In this document: in pieces, positions 1 to 15,000 of the stretch
Position numbering within the stretch: position 1 is the first letter of the stretch
Layout of the letters: every line of letters starts with the position of its first letter
DNA from: Auanema rhodensis
Taxonomy: Eukaryota > Animalia > Nematoda
Assembly: GCA_964057225.1 (NCBI GenBank)
Contig: OZ059897.1
Coordinates: forward strand, 16,244,001 to 16,308,000
Length of the DNA stretch: 64,000 nt
Direction: 5' to 3'
The notes under the pieces: generated by a model
Databases searched by the model: none
The model's input: only the letters and a program-made list of their open reading frames with translations
Told to the model about the DNA's origin: nothing
Program-made: the position numbers and the translations under genes

Positions 1-3000
1 CACAAGATTTGTTCACAAAAAAGTTCAGGCTGTAGTCACGTTCTGCCCGGTGAATGAACATTTTTTTCAAAAATCATCTTCTAAAATCTAATAAAAATAG
101 TTTGAGGTTGGGTATTCAGATGTGTAGAATCTCAATTTCCTAGTGAGATTTGGCTAGGATTTCTGCTTTTTCCGGAAAAGGGGTTTATACCGAGACCATC
201 CACAAGATTTGTTCACAAAAAAGTTCAAGCTGTAGTCACGTTCTGCCCGGTGAATGAACATTTATTTCGAAAATCATCTACTAAAATCTAATAAAAATAG
301 TTTGAGGTTGGGTATTCAGATGTGTAGAATCTCAATTTCCTAGTGAGATTTGGCTGGGATTTCTGCTTTTTCCGGAAAATGGGTTTATACCGAGACCATC
401 CACAAGATTTGTTCACAAAAAAGTTCAAGCTGTAGTCACGTTCTGCCCGGTGAATGAACCTTTTTTTCAAAAATCATCTACTAAAATCTAATAAAAATAG
501 TTTGAGGTTGGGTATTCAGATGTGTAGAATCTCAATCTCCTAGTGAGATTTGGCTAGGACTTCTGCTTTTTCCGGAAAAGGGGTTTATACCGAGACCATC
601 CACAAGATTTGTTCACAAAAAAGTTCAAGCTGTAGTCACGTTCTGCCCGGTGAATGAACATTTTTTTCGAAAATCATCTACTAAAATCTAATAAAAATAG
701 TTTGAGGTTGGGTATTCAGATGTGTAGAATCTCAATCTCCTAGTGAGATTTGGCTAGGACTTCTGCTTTTTCCGGAAAATGGGTTTATACCGAGACCATC
801 CACAAGATTTGTTCACAAAAAAGTTCAGGCTGTAGTCACGTTCTGACCGGTGAATGAACATTTTTTTCAAAAATCATCTACTAAAATCTAATAAAAATAG
901 TTTGAGGTTGGGTATTCAGATGTGTAGAATCTCAATTTCCTAGTGAGATTTGGCTAGGATTTCTGCTTTTTCCGGAAAAGGGGTTTATACCGAGACCATC
1001 CACAAGATTTGTTCACAAAAAAGTTCAGGCTGTAGTCACGTTCTGACCGGTGAATGAACATTTTTTTCAAAAATCATCTACTAAAATCTAATAAAAATAG
1101 TTTGAGGTTGGGTATTCAGATGTGTAGAATCTCAATCTCCTAGTGAGATTTGGCTAGGACTTCTGCTTTTTCCGGAAAACGGGTTTATACCGAGACCATC
1201 CACAAAATTTGTTCACAAAAAAGTTCAGGCTGTAGTCACGTTCTGACCGGTGAATGAACATTTTTTTCAAAAATCATCTACTAAAATCTAATAAAAATAG
1301 TTTGAGGTTGGGTATTCAGATGTGTAGAATCTCAATTTCCTAGTGAGATTTGGCTAGGATTTCTGCTTTTTCCGGAAAAGGGGTTTATACCGAGACCTTC
1401 CACAAGATTTGTTCACAAAAAAGTTCAGGCTGTAGTCACGTTCTGCCCGGTGAATGAACATTTTTTTCAAAAATCATCTACTAAAATCTAATAAAAATAG
1501 TTTGAGGTTGGGTATTCAGATGTGTAGAATCTCAATTTACTAGTGAGATTTGGCTAGGACTTCTGCTTTTTCCGGAAAAGGGGTTTATACCGAGACCATC
1601 CACAAGATTTGTTCACAAAAAAGTTCAGGCTGTAGTCACGTTCTGCCCGGTGAATGAACATTTTTTTCAAAAATCATCTACTAAAATCTAATAAAAATAG
1701 TTTGAGGTTGGGTATTCAGATGTGTAGAATCTCAATTTACTAGTGAGATTTGGCTAGGACTTCTGCTTTTTCCGGAAAAGGGGTTTATACCGAGACCATC
1801 CACAAGATTTGTTCACAAAAAAGTTCAGGCTGTAGTCACGTTCTGACCGGTGAATGAACATTTTTTTCAAAAATCATCTACTAAAATCTAATAAAAATAG
1901 TTTGAGGTTGGGTATTCAGATGTGTAGAATCTCAATTTCCTAGTGAGATTTGGCTAGGATTTCTGCTTTTTCCGGAAAAGGGGTTTATACCGAGACCATC
2001 CACAAGATTTGTTCACAAAAAAGTTCAGGCTGTAGTCACGTTCTGACCGGTGAATGAACATTTTTTTCAAAAATCATCTACTAAAATCTAATAAAAATAG
2101 TTTGAGGTTGGGTATTCAGATGTGTAGAATCTCAATTTCCTAGTGAGATTTGGCTAGGATTTCTGCTTTTTCCGGAAAAGGGGTTTATACCGAGACCTTC
2201 CACAAGATTTGTTCACAAAAAAGTTCAGGCTGTAGTCACGTTCTGCCCGGTGAATGAACATTTTTTTCAAAAATCATCTACTAAAATCTAATAAAAATAG
2301 TTTGAGGTTGGGTATTCAGATGTGTAGAATCTCAATTTCCTAGTGAGATTTGGCTAGGATTTCTGCTTTTTCCGGAAAATGGGTTTATACCGAGACCATC
2401 CACAAGATTTGTTCACAAAAAAGTTCAAGCTGTAGTCACGTTCTGCCCGGTGAATGAACCTTTTTTTCAAAAATCATCTACTAAAATCTAATAAAAATAG
2501 TTTGAGGTTGGGTATTCAGATGTGTAGAATCTCAATCTCCTAGTGAGATTTGGCTAGGACTTCTGCTTTTTCCGGAAAAGGGGTTTATACCGAGACCATC
2601 CACAAGATTTGTTCACAAAAAAGTTCAAGCTGTAGTCACGTTCTGCCCGGTGAATGAACATTTTTTTCGAAAATCATCTACTAAAATCTAATAAAAATAG
2701 TTTGAGGTTGGGTATTCAGATGTGTAGAATCTCAATCTCCTAGTGAGATTTGGCTAGGACTTCTGCTTTTTCCGGAAAATGGGTTTATACCGAGACCATC
2801 CACAAGATTTGTTCACAAAAAAGTTCAGGCTGTAGTCACGTTCTGACCGGTGAATGAACATTTTTTTCAAAAATTATCTACTAAAATCTAATAAAAATAG
2901 TTTGAGGTTGGGTATTCAGATGTGTAGAATCTCAATTTCCTAGTGAGATTTGGCTAGGATTTCTGCTTTTTCCGGAAAAGGGGTTTATACCGAGACCTTC

Positions 3001-6000
3001 CACAAGATTTGTTCACAAAAAAGTTCAAGCTGTAGTCACGTTCTGCCCGGTGAATGAACATTTTTTTGAAAAATCATCTACTAAAATCTAATAAAAATAG
3101 TTTGAGGTTGGGTATTCAGATGTGTAGAATCTCAATTTACTAGTGAGATTTGGCTAGGACTTCTGCTTTTTCCGGAAAAGGGGTTTATACCGAGACCATC
3201 CACAAGATTTGTTCACAAAAAAGTTCAGGCTGTAGTCACGTTCTGCCCGGTGAATGAACATTTTTTTCAAAAATCATCTACTAAAATCTAATAAAAATAG
3301 TTTGAGGTTGGGTATTCAGATGTGTAGAATCTCAATTTCCTAGTGAGATTTGGCTGGGATTTCTGCTTTTTCCGGAAAAGGGGTTTATACCGAGACCATC
3401 CACAAGATTTGTTCACAAAAAAGTTCAAGCTGTAGTCACGTTCTGCCCGGTGAATGAACATTTTTTTCAAAAATCATCTACTAAAATCTAATAAAAATAG
3501 TTTGAGGTTGGGTATTCAGATGTGTAGAATCTCAATCTCCTAGTGAGATTTGGCTAGGACTTCTGCTTTTTCCGGAAAAGGGGTTTATACCGAGACCATC
3601 CACAAGATTTGTTCACAAAAAAGTTCAGGCTGTAGTCACGTTCTGACCGGTGAATGAACATTTTTTTCAAAAATCATCTACTAAAATCTAATAAAAATAG
3701 TTTGAGGTTGGGTATTCAGATGTGTAGAATCTCAATTTCCTAGTGAGATTTGGCTAGGATTTCTGCTTTTTCCGGAAAAGGGGTTTATACCGAGACCTTC
3801 CACAAGATTTGTTCACAAAAAAGTTCAAGCTGTAGTCACGTTCTGCCCGGTGAATGAACATTTTTTTCAAAAATCATCTACTAAAATCTAATAAAAATAG
3901 TTTGAGGTTGGGTATTCAGATGTGTAGAATCTCAATTTACTAGTGAGATTTGGCTAGGACTTCTGCTTTTTCCGGAAAAGGGGTTTATACCGAGACCATC
4001 CACAAGATTTGTTCACAAAAAAGTTCAGGCTGTAGTCACGTTCTGACCGGTGAATGAACATTTTTTTTAAAAATCATCTACTAAAATCTAATAAAAATAG
4101 TTTGAGGTTGGGTATTCAGATGTGTAGAATCTCAATTTCCTAGTGAGATTTGGCTAGGATTTCTGCTTTTTCCGGAAAAGGGGTTTATACCGAGACCTTC
4201 CACAAGATTTGTTCACAAAAAAGTTCAGGCTGTAGTCACGTTCTGCCCGGTGAATGAACATTTTTTTCAAAAATCATCTACTAAAATCTAATAAAAATAG
4301 TTTGAGGTTGGGTATTCAGATGTGTAGAATCTCAATTTACTAGTGAGATTTGGCTAGGACTTCTGCTTTTTCCGGAAAAGGGGTTTATACCGAGACCATC
4401 CACAAGATTTGTTCACAAAAAAGTTCAAGCTGTAGTCACGTTCTGCCCGGTGAATGAACATTTTTTTCAAAAATCATCTACTAAAATCTAATAAAAATAG
4501 TTTGAGGTTGGGTATTCAGATGTGTAGAATCTCAATCTCCTAGTGAGATTTGGCTAGGACTTCTGCTTTTTCCGGAAAACGGGTTTATACCGAGACCATC
4601 CACAAAATTTGTTCACAAAAAAGTTCAGGCTGTAGTCACGTTCTGCCCGGTGAATGAACATTTTTTCCAAAAATCATCTATTAAAATCTAATAAAAATAG
4701 TTTGAGGTTGGGTATTCAGATATGTAGAATCTCAATCTCCTAGTGAGATTTGGCTAGGACTTCTGCTTTTTCCGGAAAAGGGGTTTATACCGAGACCATC
4801 CACAAGATTTCTTCACAAAAAAGTTCAGGCTGTAGTCACGTTCTGACCGGTGAATGAACATTTTTTTCAAAAATCATCTACTAAAATCTAATAAAAATAG
4901 TTTGAGGTTGGGTATTCAGATGTGTAGAATCTCAATTTCCTAGTGAGATTTGGCTAGGATTTCTGCTTTTTCCGGAAAAGGGGTTTATACCGAGACCATC
5001 CACAAGATTTGTTCACAAAAAAGTTCAGGCTGTAGTCACGTTCTGACCGGTGAATGAACATTTTTTTCAAAAATCATCTACTAAAATCTAATAAAAATAG
5101 TTTGAGGTTGGGTATTCAGATGTGTAGAATCTCAATTTACTAGTGAGATTTGGCTAGGACTTCTGCTTTTTCCGGAAAAGGGGTTTATACCGAGACCATC
5201 CACAAGATTTGTTCACAAAAAAGTTCAGGCTGTAGTCACGTTCTGCCCGGTGAATGAACATTTTTTTCAAAAATCATCTATTAAAATCTAATAAAAATAG
5301 TTTGAGGTTGGGTATTCAGATGTGTAGAATCTCAATTTCCTAGTGAGATTTGGCTAGGACTTCTGCTTTTTCCGGAAAAGGGGTTTATACCGAGACCATC
5401 CACAAGATTTGTTCACAAAAAAGTTCAAGCTGTAGTCACGTTCTGCCCGGTGAATGAACCTTTTTTTCAAAAATCATCTACTAAAATCTAATAAAAATAG
5501 TTTGAGGTTGGGTATTCAGATGTGTAGAATCTCAATTTCCTAGTGAGATTTGGCTAGGATTTCTGCTTTTTCCGGAAAAGGGGTTTATACCGAGACCATC
5601 CACAAGATTTGTTCACAAAAAAGTTCAAGCTGTAGTCACGTTCTGCCCGGTGAATGAACATTTTTTTCGAAAATCATCTACTAAAATCTAATAAAAATAG
5701 TTTGAGGTTGGGTATTCAGATGTGTAGAATCTCAATTTCCTAGTGAGATTTGGCTAGGATTTCTGCTTTTTCCGGAAAAGGGGTTTATACCGAGACCTTC
5801 CACAAGATTTGTTCACAAAAAAGTTCAAGCTGTAGTCACGTTCTGCCCGGTGAATGAACATTTTTTTCAAAAATCATCTACTAAAATCTAATAAAAATAG
5901 TTTGAGGTTGGGTATTCAGATGTGTAGAATCTCAATCTCCTAGTGAGATTTGGCTAGGACTTCTGCTTTTTCCGGAAAAGGGGTTTATACCGAGACCATC

Positions 6001-9000
6001 CACAAGATTTGTTCACAAAAAAGTTCAGGCTGTAGTCACGTTCTGACCGGTGAATGAACATTTTTTTCAAAAATCATCTACTAAAATCTAATAAAAATAG
6101 TTTGAGGTTGGGTATTCAGATGTGTAGAATCTCAATTTCCTAGTGAGATTTGGCTAGGACTTCTGCTTTTTCCGGAAAAGGGGTTTATACCGAGACCATC
6201 CACAAGATTTGTTCACAAAAAAGTTCAGGCTGTAGTCACGTTCTGACCGGTGAATGAACATTTTTTTCAAAAATCATCTACTAAAATCTAATAAAAATAG
6301 TTTGAGGTTGGGTATTCAGATGTGTAGAATCTCAATTTCCTAGTGAGATTTGGCTAGGATTTCTGCTTTTTCCGGAAAAGGGGTTTATACCGAGACCTTC
6401 CACAAGATTTGTTCACAAAAAAGTTCAGGCTGTAGTCACGTTCTGCCCGGTGAATGAACATTTTTTTCAAAAATCATCTACTAAAATCTAATAAAAATAG
6501 TTTGAGGTTGGGTATTCAGATGTGTAGAATCTCAATTTACTAGTGAGATTTGGCTAGGACTTCTGCTTTTTCCGGAAAAGGGGTTTATACCGAGACCATC
6601 CACAAGATTTGTTCACAAAAAAGTTCAAGCTGTAGTCACGTTCTGCCCGGTGAATGAACATTTTTTTCAAAAATCATCTACTAAAATCTAATAAAAATAG
6701 TTTGAGGTTGGGTATTCAGATGTGTAGAATCTCAATCTCCTAGTGAGATTTGGCTAGGACTTCTGCTTTTTCCGGAAAACGGGTTTATACCGAGACCATC
6801 CACAAAATTTGTTCACAAAAAAGTTCAGGCTGTAGTCACGTTCTGCCCGGTGAATGAACATTTTTTCCAAAAATCATCTATTAAAATCTAATAAAAATAG
6901 TTTGAGGTTGGGTATTCAGATGTGTAGAATCTCAATCTCCTAGTGAGATTTGGCTAGGACTTCTGCTTTTTCCGGAAAAGGGGTTTATACCGAGACCATC
7001 CACAAGATTTGTTCACAAAAAAGTTCAGGCTGTAGTCACGTTCTGACCGGTGAATGAACATTTTTTTCAAAAATCATCTACTAAAATCTAATAAAAATAG
7101 TTTGAGGTTGGGTATTCAGATGTGTAGAATCTCAATTTCCTAGTGAGATTTGGCTAGGATTTCTGCTTTTTCCGGAAAAGGGGTTTATACCGAGACCATC
7201 CACAAGATTTGTTCACAAAAAAGTTCAGGCTGTAGTCACGTTCTGACCGGTGAATGAACATTTTTTTCAAAAATCATCTACTAAAATCTAATAAAAATAG
7301 TTTGAGGTTGGGTATTCAGATGTGTAGAATCTCAATTTACTAGTGAGATTTGGCTAGGACTTCTGCTTTTTCCGGAAAAGGGGTTTATACCGAGACCATC
7401 CACAAGATTTGTTCACAAAAAAGTTCAGGCTGTAGTCACGTTCTGCCCGGTGAATGAACATTTTTTTCAAAAATCATCTATTAAAATCTAATAAAAATAG
7501 TTTGAGGTTGGGTATTCAGATGTGTAGAATCTCAATTTCCTAGTGAGATTTGGCTAGGACTTCTGCTTTTTCCGGAAAAGGGGTTTATACCGAGACCATC
7601 CACAAGATTTGTTCACAAAAAAGTTCAGGCTGTAGTCACGTTCTGCCCGGTGAATGAACATTTTTTTCAAAAATCATCTATTAAAATCTAATAAAAATAG
7701 TTTGAGGTTGGGTATTCAGATGTGTAGAATCTCAATTTCCTAGTGAGATTTGGCTGGGATTTCTGCTTTTTCCGGAAAAGGGGTTTATACCGAGACCATC
7801 CACAAGATTTGTTCACAAAAAAGTTCAGGCTGTAGTCACGTTCTGCCCGGTGAATGAACATTTTTTTCAAAAATCATCTACTAAAATCTAATAAAAATAG
7901 TTTGAGGTTGGGTATTCAGATGTGTAGAATCTCAATTTCCTAGTGAGATTTGGCTAGGACTTCTGCTTTTTCCGGAAAAGGGGTTTATACCGAGACCATC
8001 CACAAGATTTGTTCACAAAAAAGTTCAGGCTGTAGTCACGTTCTGCCCGGTGAATGAACATTTTTTTCAAAAATCATCTATTAAAATCTAATAAAAATAG
8101 TTTGAGGTTGGGTATTCAGATGTGTAGAATCTCAATTTCCTAGTGAGATTTGGCTGGGATTTCTGCTTTTTCCGGAAAAGGGGTTTATACCGAGACCATC
8201 CACAAGATTTGTTCACAAAAAAGTTCAGGCTGTAGTCACGTTCTGCCCGGTGAATGAACATTTTTTTCAAAAATCATCTACTAAAATCTAATAAAAATAG
8301 TTTGAGGTTGGGTATTCAGATGTGTAGAATCTCAATTTCCTAGTGAGATTTGGCTAGGACTTCTGCTTTTTCCGGAAAAGGGGTTTATACCGAGACCATC
8401 CACAAGATTTGTTCACAAAAAAGTTCAGGCTGTAGTCACGTTCTGCCCGGTGAATGAACATTTTTTCCAAAAATCATCTATTAAAATCTAATAAAAATAG
8501 TTTGAGGTTGGGTATTCAGATATGTAGAATCTCAATCTCCTAGTGAGATTTGGCTAGGACTTCTGCTTTTTCCGGAAAAGGGGTTTATACCGAGACCATC
8601 CACAAGATTTCTTCACAAAAAAGTTCAGGCTGTAGTCACGTTCTGACCGGTGAATGAACATTTTTTTCAAAAATCATCTACTAAAATCTAATAAAAATAG
8701 TTTGAGGTTGGGTATTCAGATGTGTAGAATCTCAATTTCCTAGTGAGATTTGGCTAGGATTTCTGCTTTTTCCGGAAAAGGGGTTTATACCGAGACCATC
8801 CACAAGATTTGTTCACAAAAAAGTTCAGGCTGTAGTCACGTTCTGACCGGTGAATGAACATTTTTTTCAAAAATCATCTACTAAAATCTAATAAAAATAG
8901 TTTGAGGTTGGGTATTCAGATGTGTAGAATCTCAATTTACTAGTGAGATTTGGCTAGGACTTCTGCTTTTTCCGGAAAAGGGGTTTATACCGAGACCATC

Positions 9001-12000
9001 CACAAGATTTGTTCACAAAAAAGTTCAGGCTGTAGTCACGTTCTGCCCGGTGAATGAACATTTTTTTCAAAAATCATCTATTAAAATCTAATAAAAATAG
9101 TTTGAGGTTGGGTATTCAGATGTGTAGAATCTCAATTTCCTAGTGAGATTTGGCTAGGACTTCTGCTTTTTCCGGAAAAGGGGTTTATACCGAGACCATC
9201 CACAAGATTTGTTCACAAAAAAGTTCAAGCTGTAGTCACGTTCTGCCCGGTGAATGAACCTTTTTTTCAAAAATCATCTACTAAAATCTAATAAAAATAG
9301 TTTGAGGTTGGGTATTCAGATGTGTAGAATCTCAATCTCCTAGTGAGATTTGGCTAGGACTTCTGCTTTTTCCGGAAAAGGGGTTTATACCGAGACCATC
9401 CACAAGATTTGTTCACAAAAAAGTTCAAGCTGTAGTCACGTTCTGCCCGGTGAATGAACATTTTTTTCGAAAATCATCTACTAAAATCTAATAAAAATAG
9501 TTTGAGGTTGGGTATTCAGATGTGTAGAATCTCAATCTCCTAGTGAGATTTGGCTAGGACTTCTGCTTTTTCCGGAAAATGGGTTTATACCGAGACCATC
9601 CACAAGATTTGTTCACAAAAAAGTTCAGGCTGTAGTCACGTTCTGACCGGTGAATGAACATTTTTTTCAAAAATTATCTACTAAAATCTAATAAAAATAG
9701 TTTGAGGTTGGGTATTCAGATGTGTAGAATCTCAATTTCCTAGTGAGATTTGGCTAGGATTTCTGCTTTTTCCGGAAAAGGGGTTTATACCGAGACCTTC
9801 CACAAGATTTGTTCACAAAAAAGTTCAAGCTGTAGTCACGTTCTGCCCGGTGAATGAACATTTTTTTCAAAAATCATCTACTAAAATCTAATAAAAATAG
9901 TTTGAGGTTGGGTATTCAGATGTGTAGAATCTCAATCTCCTAGTGAGATTTGGCTAGGACTTCTGCTTTTTCCGGAAAAGGGGTTTATACCGAGACCATC
10001 CACAAGATTTGTTCACAAAAAAGTTCAGGCTGTAGTCACGTTCTGACCGGTGAATGAACATTTTTTTCAAAAATCATCTACTAAAATCTAATAAAAATAG
10101 TTTGAGGTTGGGTATTCAGATGTGTAGAATCTCAATTTCCTAGTGAGATTTGGCTAGGATTTCTGCTTTTTCCGGAAAAGGGGTTTATACCGAGACCTTC
10201 CACAAGATTTGTTCACAAAAAAGTTCAAGCTGTAGTCACGTTCTGCCCGGTGAATGAACATTTTTTTCAAAAATCATCTACTAAAATCTAATAAAAATAG
10301 TTTGAGGTTGGGTATTCAGATGTGTAGAATCTCAATTTACTAGTGAGATTTGGCTAGGACTTCTGCTTTTTCCGGAAAAGGGGTTTATACCGAGACCATC
10401 CACAAGATTTGTTCACAAAAAAGTTCAGGCTGTAGTCACGTTCTGACCGGTGAATGAACATTTTTTTCAAAAATCATCTACTAAAATCTAATAAAAATAG
10501 TTTGAGGTTGGGTATTCAGATGTGTAGAATCTCAATTTCCTAGTGAGATTTGGCTAGGATTTCTGCTTTTTCCGGAAAAGGGGTTTATACCGAGACCTTC
10601 CACAAGATTTGTTCACAAAAAAGTTCAGGCTGTAGTCACGTTCTGCCCGGTGAATGAACATTTTTTTCAAAAATCATCTACTAAAATCTAATAAAAATAG
10701 TTTGAGGTTGGGTATTCAGATGTGTAGAATCTCAATTTACTAGTGAGATTTGGCTAGGACTTCTGCTTTTTCCGGAAAAGGGGTTTATACCGAGACCATC
10801 CACAAGATTTGTTCACAAAAAAGTTCAAGCTGTAGTCACGTTCTGCCCGGTGAATGAACATTTTTTTCAAAAATCATCTACTAAAATCTAATAAAAATAG
10901 TTTGAGGTTGGGTATTCAGATGTGTAGAATCTCAATCTCCTAGTGAGATTTGGCTAGGACTTCTGCTTTTTCCGGAAAACGGGTTTATACCGAGACCATC
11001 CACAAAATTTGTTCACAAAAAAGTTCAGGCTGTAGTCACGTTCTGCCCGGTGAATGAACATTTTTTCCAAAAATCATCTATTAAAATCTAATAAAAATAG
11101 TTTGAGGTTGGGTATTCAGATGTGTAGAATCTCAATCTCCTAGTGAGATTTGGCTAGGACTTCTGCTTTTTCCGGAAAAGGGGTTTATACCGAGACCATC
11201 CACAAGATTTCTTCACAAAAAAGTTCAGGCTGTAGTCACGTTCTGACCGGTGAATGAACATTTTTTTCAAAAATCATCTACTAAAATCTAATAAAAATAG
11301 TTTGAGGTTGGGTATTCAGATGTGTAGAATCTCAATTTCCTAGTGAGATTTGGCTAGGATTTCTGCTTTTTCCGGAAAAGGGGTTTATACCGAGACCATC
11401 CACAAGATTTGTTCACAAAAAAGTTCAGGCTGTAGTCACGTTCTGACCGGTGAATGAACATTTTTTTCAAAAATCATCTACTAAAATCTAATAAAAATAG
11501 TTTGAGGTTGGGTATTCAGATGTGTAGAATCTCAATTTACTAGTGAGATTTGGCTAGGACTTCTGCTTTTTCCGGAAAAGGGGTTTATACCGAGACCATC
11601 CACAAGATTTGTTCACAAAAAAGTTCAGGCTGTAGTCACGTTCTGCCCGGTGAATGAACATTTTTTTCAAAAATCATCTATTAAAATCTAATAAAAATAG
11701 TTTGAGGTTGGGTATTCAGATGTGTAGAATCTCAATTTCCTAGTGAGATTTGGCTAGGACTTCTGCTTTTTCCGGAAAAGGGGTTTATACCGAGACCATC
11801 CACAAGATTTGTTCACAAAAAAGTTCAGGCTGTAGTCACGTTCTGCCCGGTGAATGAACATTTTTTTCAAAAATCATCTATTAAAATCTAATAAAAATAG
11901 TTTGAGGTTGGGTATTCAGATGTGTAGAATCTCAATTTCCTAGTGAGATTTGGCTGGGATTTCTGCTTTTTCCGGAAAAGGGGTTTATACCGAGACCATC

Positions 12001-15000
12001 CACAAGATTTGTTCACAAAAAAGTTCAGGCTGTAGTCACGTTCTGCCCGGTGAATGAACATTTTTTTCAAAAATCATCTACTAAAATCTAATAAAAATAG
12101 TTTGAGGTTGGGTATTCAGATGTGTAGAATCTCAATTTCCTAGTGAGATTTGGCTAGGACTTCTGCTTTTTCCGGAAAAGGGGTTTATACCGAGACCATC
12201 CACAAGATTTGTTCACAAAAAAGTTCAGGCTGTAGTCACGTTCTGCCCGGTGAATGAACATTTTTTTCAAAAATCATCTATTAAAATCTAATAAAAATAG
12301 TTTGAGGTTTGGTATTCAGATGTGTAGAATCTCAATTTCCTAGTGAGATTTGGCTGGGATTTCTGCTTTTTCCGGAAAAGGGGTTTATACCGAGACCATC
12401 CACAAGATTTGTTCACAAAAAAGTTCAGGCTGTAGTCACGTTCTGCCCGGTGAATGAACATTTTTTTCAAAAATCATCTACTAAAATCTAATAAAAATAG
12501 TTTGAGGTTGGGTATTCAGATGTGTAGAATCTCAATTTCCTAGTGAGATTTGGCTAGGACTTCTGCTTTTTCCGGAAAAGGGGTTTATACCGAGACCATC
12601 CACAAGATTTGTTCACAAAAAAGTTCAAGCTGTAGTCACGTTCTGCCCGGTGAATGAACATTTTTTTCAAAAATCATCTACTAAAATCTAATAAAAATAG
12701 TTTGAGGTTGGGTATTCAGATGTGTAGAATCTCAATTTCCTAGTGAGATTTGGCTAGGATTTCTGCTTTTTCCGGAAAAGGGGTTTATACCGAGACCATC
12801 CACAAGATTTGTTCACAAAAAAGTTCAAGCTGTAGTCACGTTCTGCCCGGTGAATGAACATTTTTTTCAAAAATCATCTACTAAAATCTAATAAAAATAG
12901 TTTGAGGTTGGGTATTCAGATGTGTAGAATCTCAATCTCCTAGTGAGATTTGGCTAGGACTTCTGCTTTTTCCGGAAAAGGGGTTTATACCGAGACCATC
13001 CACAAGATTTGTTCACAAAAAAGTTCAGGCTGTAGTCACGTTCTGCCCGGTGAATGAACATTTTTTTCGAAAATCATCTACTAAAATCTAATAAAAATAG
13101 TTTGAGGTTGGGTATTCAGATGTGTAGAATCTCAATTTCCTAGTGAGATTTGGCTAGGATTTCTGCTTTTTCCGGATAAGGGGTTTATACCGAGACCATC
13201 CACAAGATTTGTTCACAAAAAAGTTCAGGCTGTAGTCACGTTCTGCCCGGTGAATGAACATTTTTTTCAAAAAGCATCTATTAAAATCTAATAAAAATAG
13301 TTTGAGGTTGGGTATTCAGATGTGTAGAATCTCAATTTACTAGTGAGATTTGGCTAGGACTTCTGCTTTTGCCGGAAAAGGGGTTTATACCGAGACCATC
13401 CAGAAGATTTGTTCACAAAAAAGTTCAGGCTGTAGTCACGTTCTGCCCGGTGAATGAACATTTTTTTCAAAAATCATCTACTAAAATCTAATAAAAATAG
13501 TTTGAGGTTGGGTATTCAGATGTGTAGAATCTCAATCTCCTAGTGAGATTTGGCTAGGACTTCTGCTTTTTCCGGAAAAGGGGTTTATACCGAGACCATC
13601 CACAAGATTTGTTCACAAAAAAGTTCAGGCTGTAGTCACGTTCTGACCGGTGAATGAACATTTTTTTCAAAAATCATCTACTAAAATCTAATAAAAATAG
13701 TTTGAGGTTGGGTATTCAGATGTGTAGAATCTCAATCTCCTAGTGAGATTTGGCTAGGACTTCTGCTTTTTCCGGAAAAGGGGTTTATACCGAGACCATC
13801 CACAAGATTTGTTCACAAAAAAGTTCAGGCTGTAGTCACGTTCTGCCCGGTGAATGAACATTTTTTTCGAAAATCATCTACTAAAATCTAATAAAAATAG
13901 TTTGAGGTTGGGTATTCAGATGTGTAGAATCTCAATTTCCTAGTGAGATTTGGCTAGGATTTCTGCTTTTTCCGGAAAAGGGGTTTATACCGAGACCATC
14001 CACAAGATTTGTTCACAAAAAAGTTCAGGCTGTAGTCACGTTCTGCCCGGTGAATGAACATTTTTTTCAAAAAGCATCTATTAAAATCTAATAAAAATAG
14101 TTTGAGGTTGGGTATTCAGATGTGTAGAATCTCAATTTACTAGTGAGATTTGGCTAGGACTTCTGCTTTTTCCGGAAAAGGGGTTTATACCGAGACCATC
14201 CAGAAGATTTGTTCACAAAAAAGTTCAGGCTGTAGTCACGTTCTGCCCGGTGAATGAACATTTTTTTCAAAAATCATCTACTAAAATCTAATAAAAATAG
14301 TTTGAGGTTGGGTATTCAGATGTGTAGAATCTCAATCTCCTAGTGAGATTTGGCTAGGACTTCTGCTTTTTCCGGAAAAGGGGTTTATACCGAGACCATC
14401 CAGAAGATTTGTTCACAAAAAAGTTCAGGCTGTAGTCACGTTCTGCCCGGTGAATGAACATTTTTTTCAAAAATCATCTACTAAAATCTAATAAAAATAG
14501 TTTGAGGTTGGGTATTCAGATGTGTAGAATCTCAATCTCCTAGTGAGATTTGGCTAGGACTTCTGCTTTTTCCGGAAAAGGGGTTTATACCGAGACCATC
14601 CACAAGATTTGTTCACAAAAAAGTTCAAGCTGTAGTCACGTTCTGCCCGGTGAATGAACATTTTTTTCAAAAATCGTCTACTAAAATCTAATAAAAATAG
14701 TTTGAGGTTGGGTATTCAGATGTGTAGAATCTCAATTTCCTAGTGAGATTTGGCTAGGATTTCTGCTTTTTCCGGAAAAGGGGTTTATACCGAGACCATC
14801 CACAAGATTTGTTCACAAAAAAGTTCAGGCTGTAGTCACGTTCTGCCCGGTGAATGAACATTTTTTTCGAAAATCATCTACTAAAATCTAATAAAAATAG
14901 TTTGAGGTTGGGTATTCAGATGTGTAGAATCTCAATCTCCTAGTGAGATTTGGCTAGGATTTCTGCTTTTTCCGGAAAAGGGGTTTATACCGAGACCATC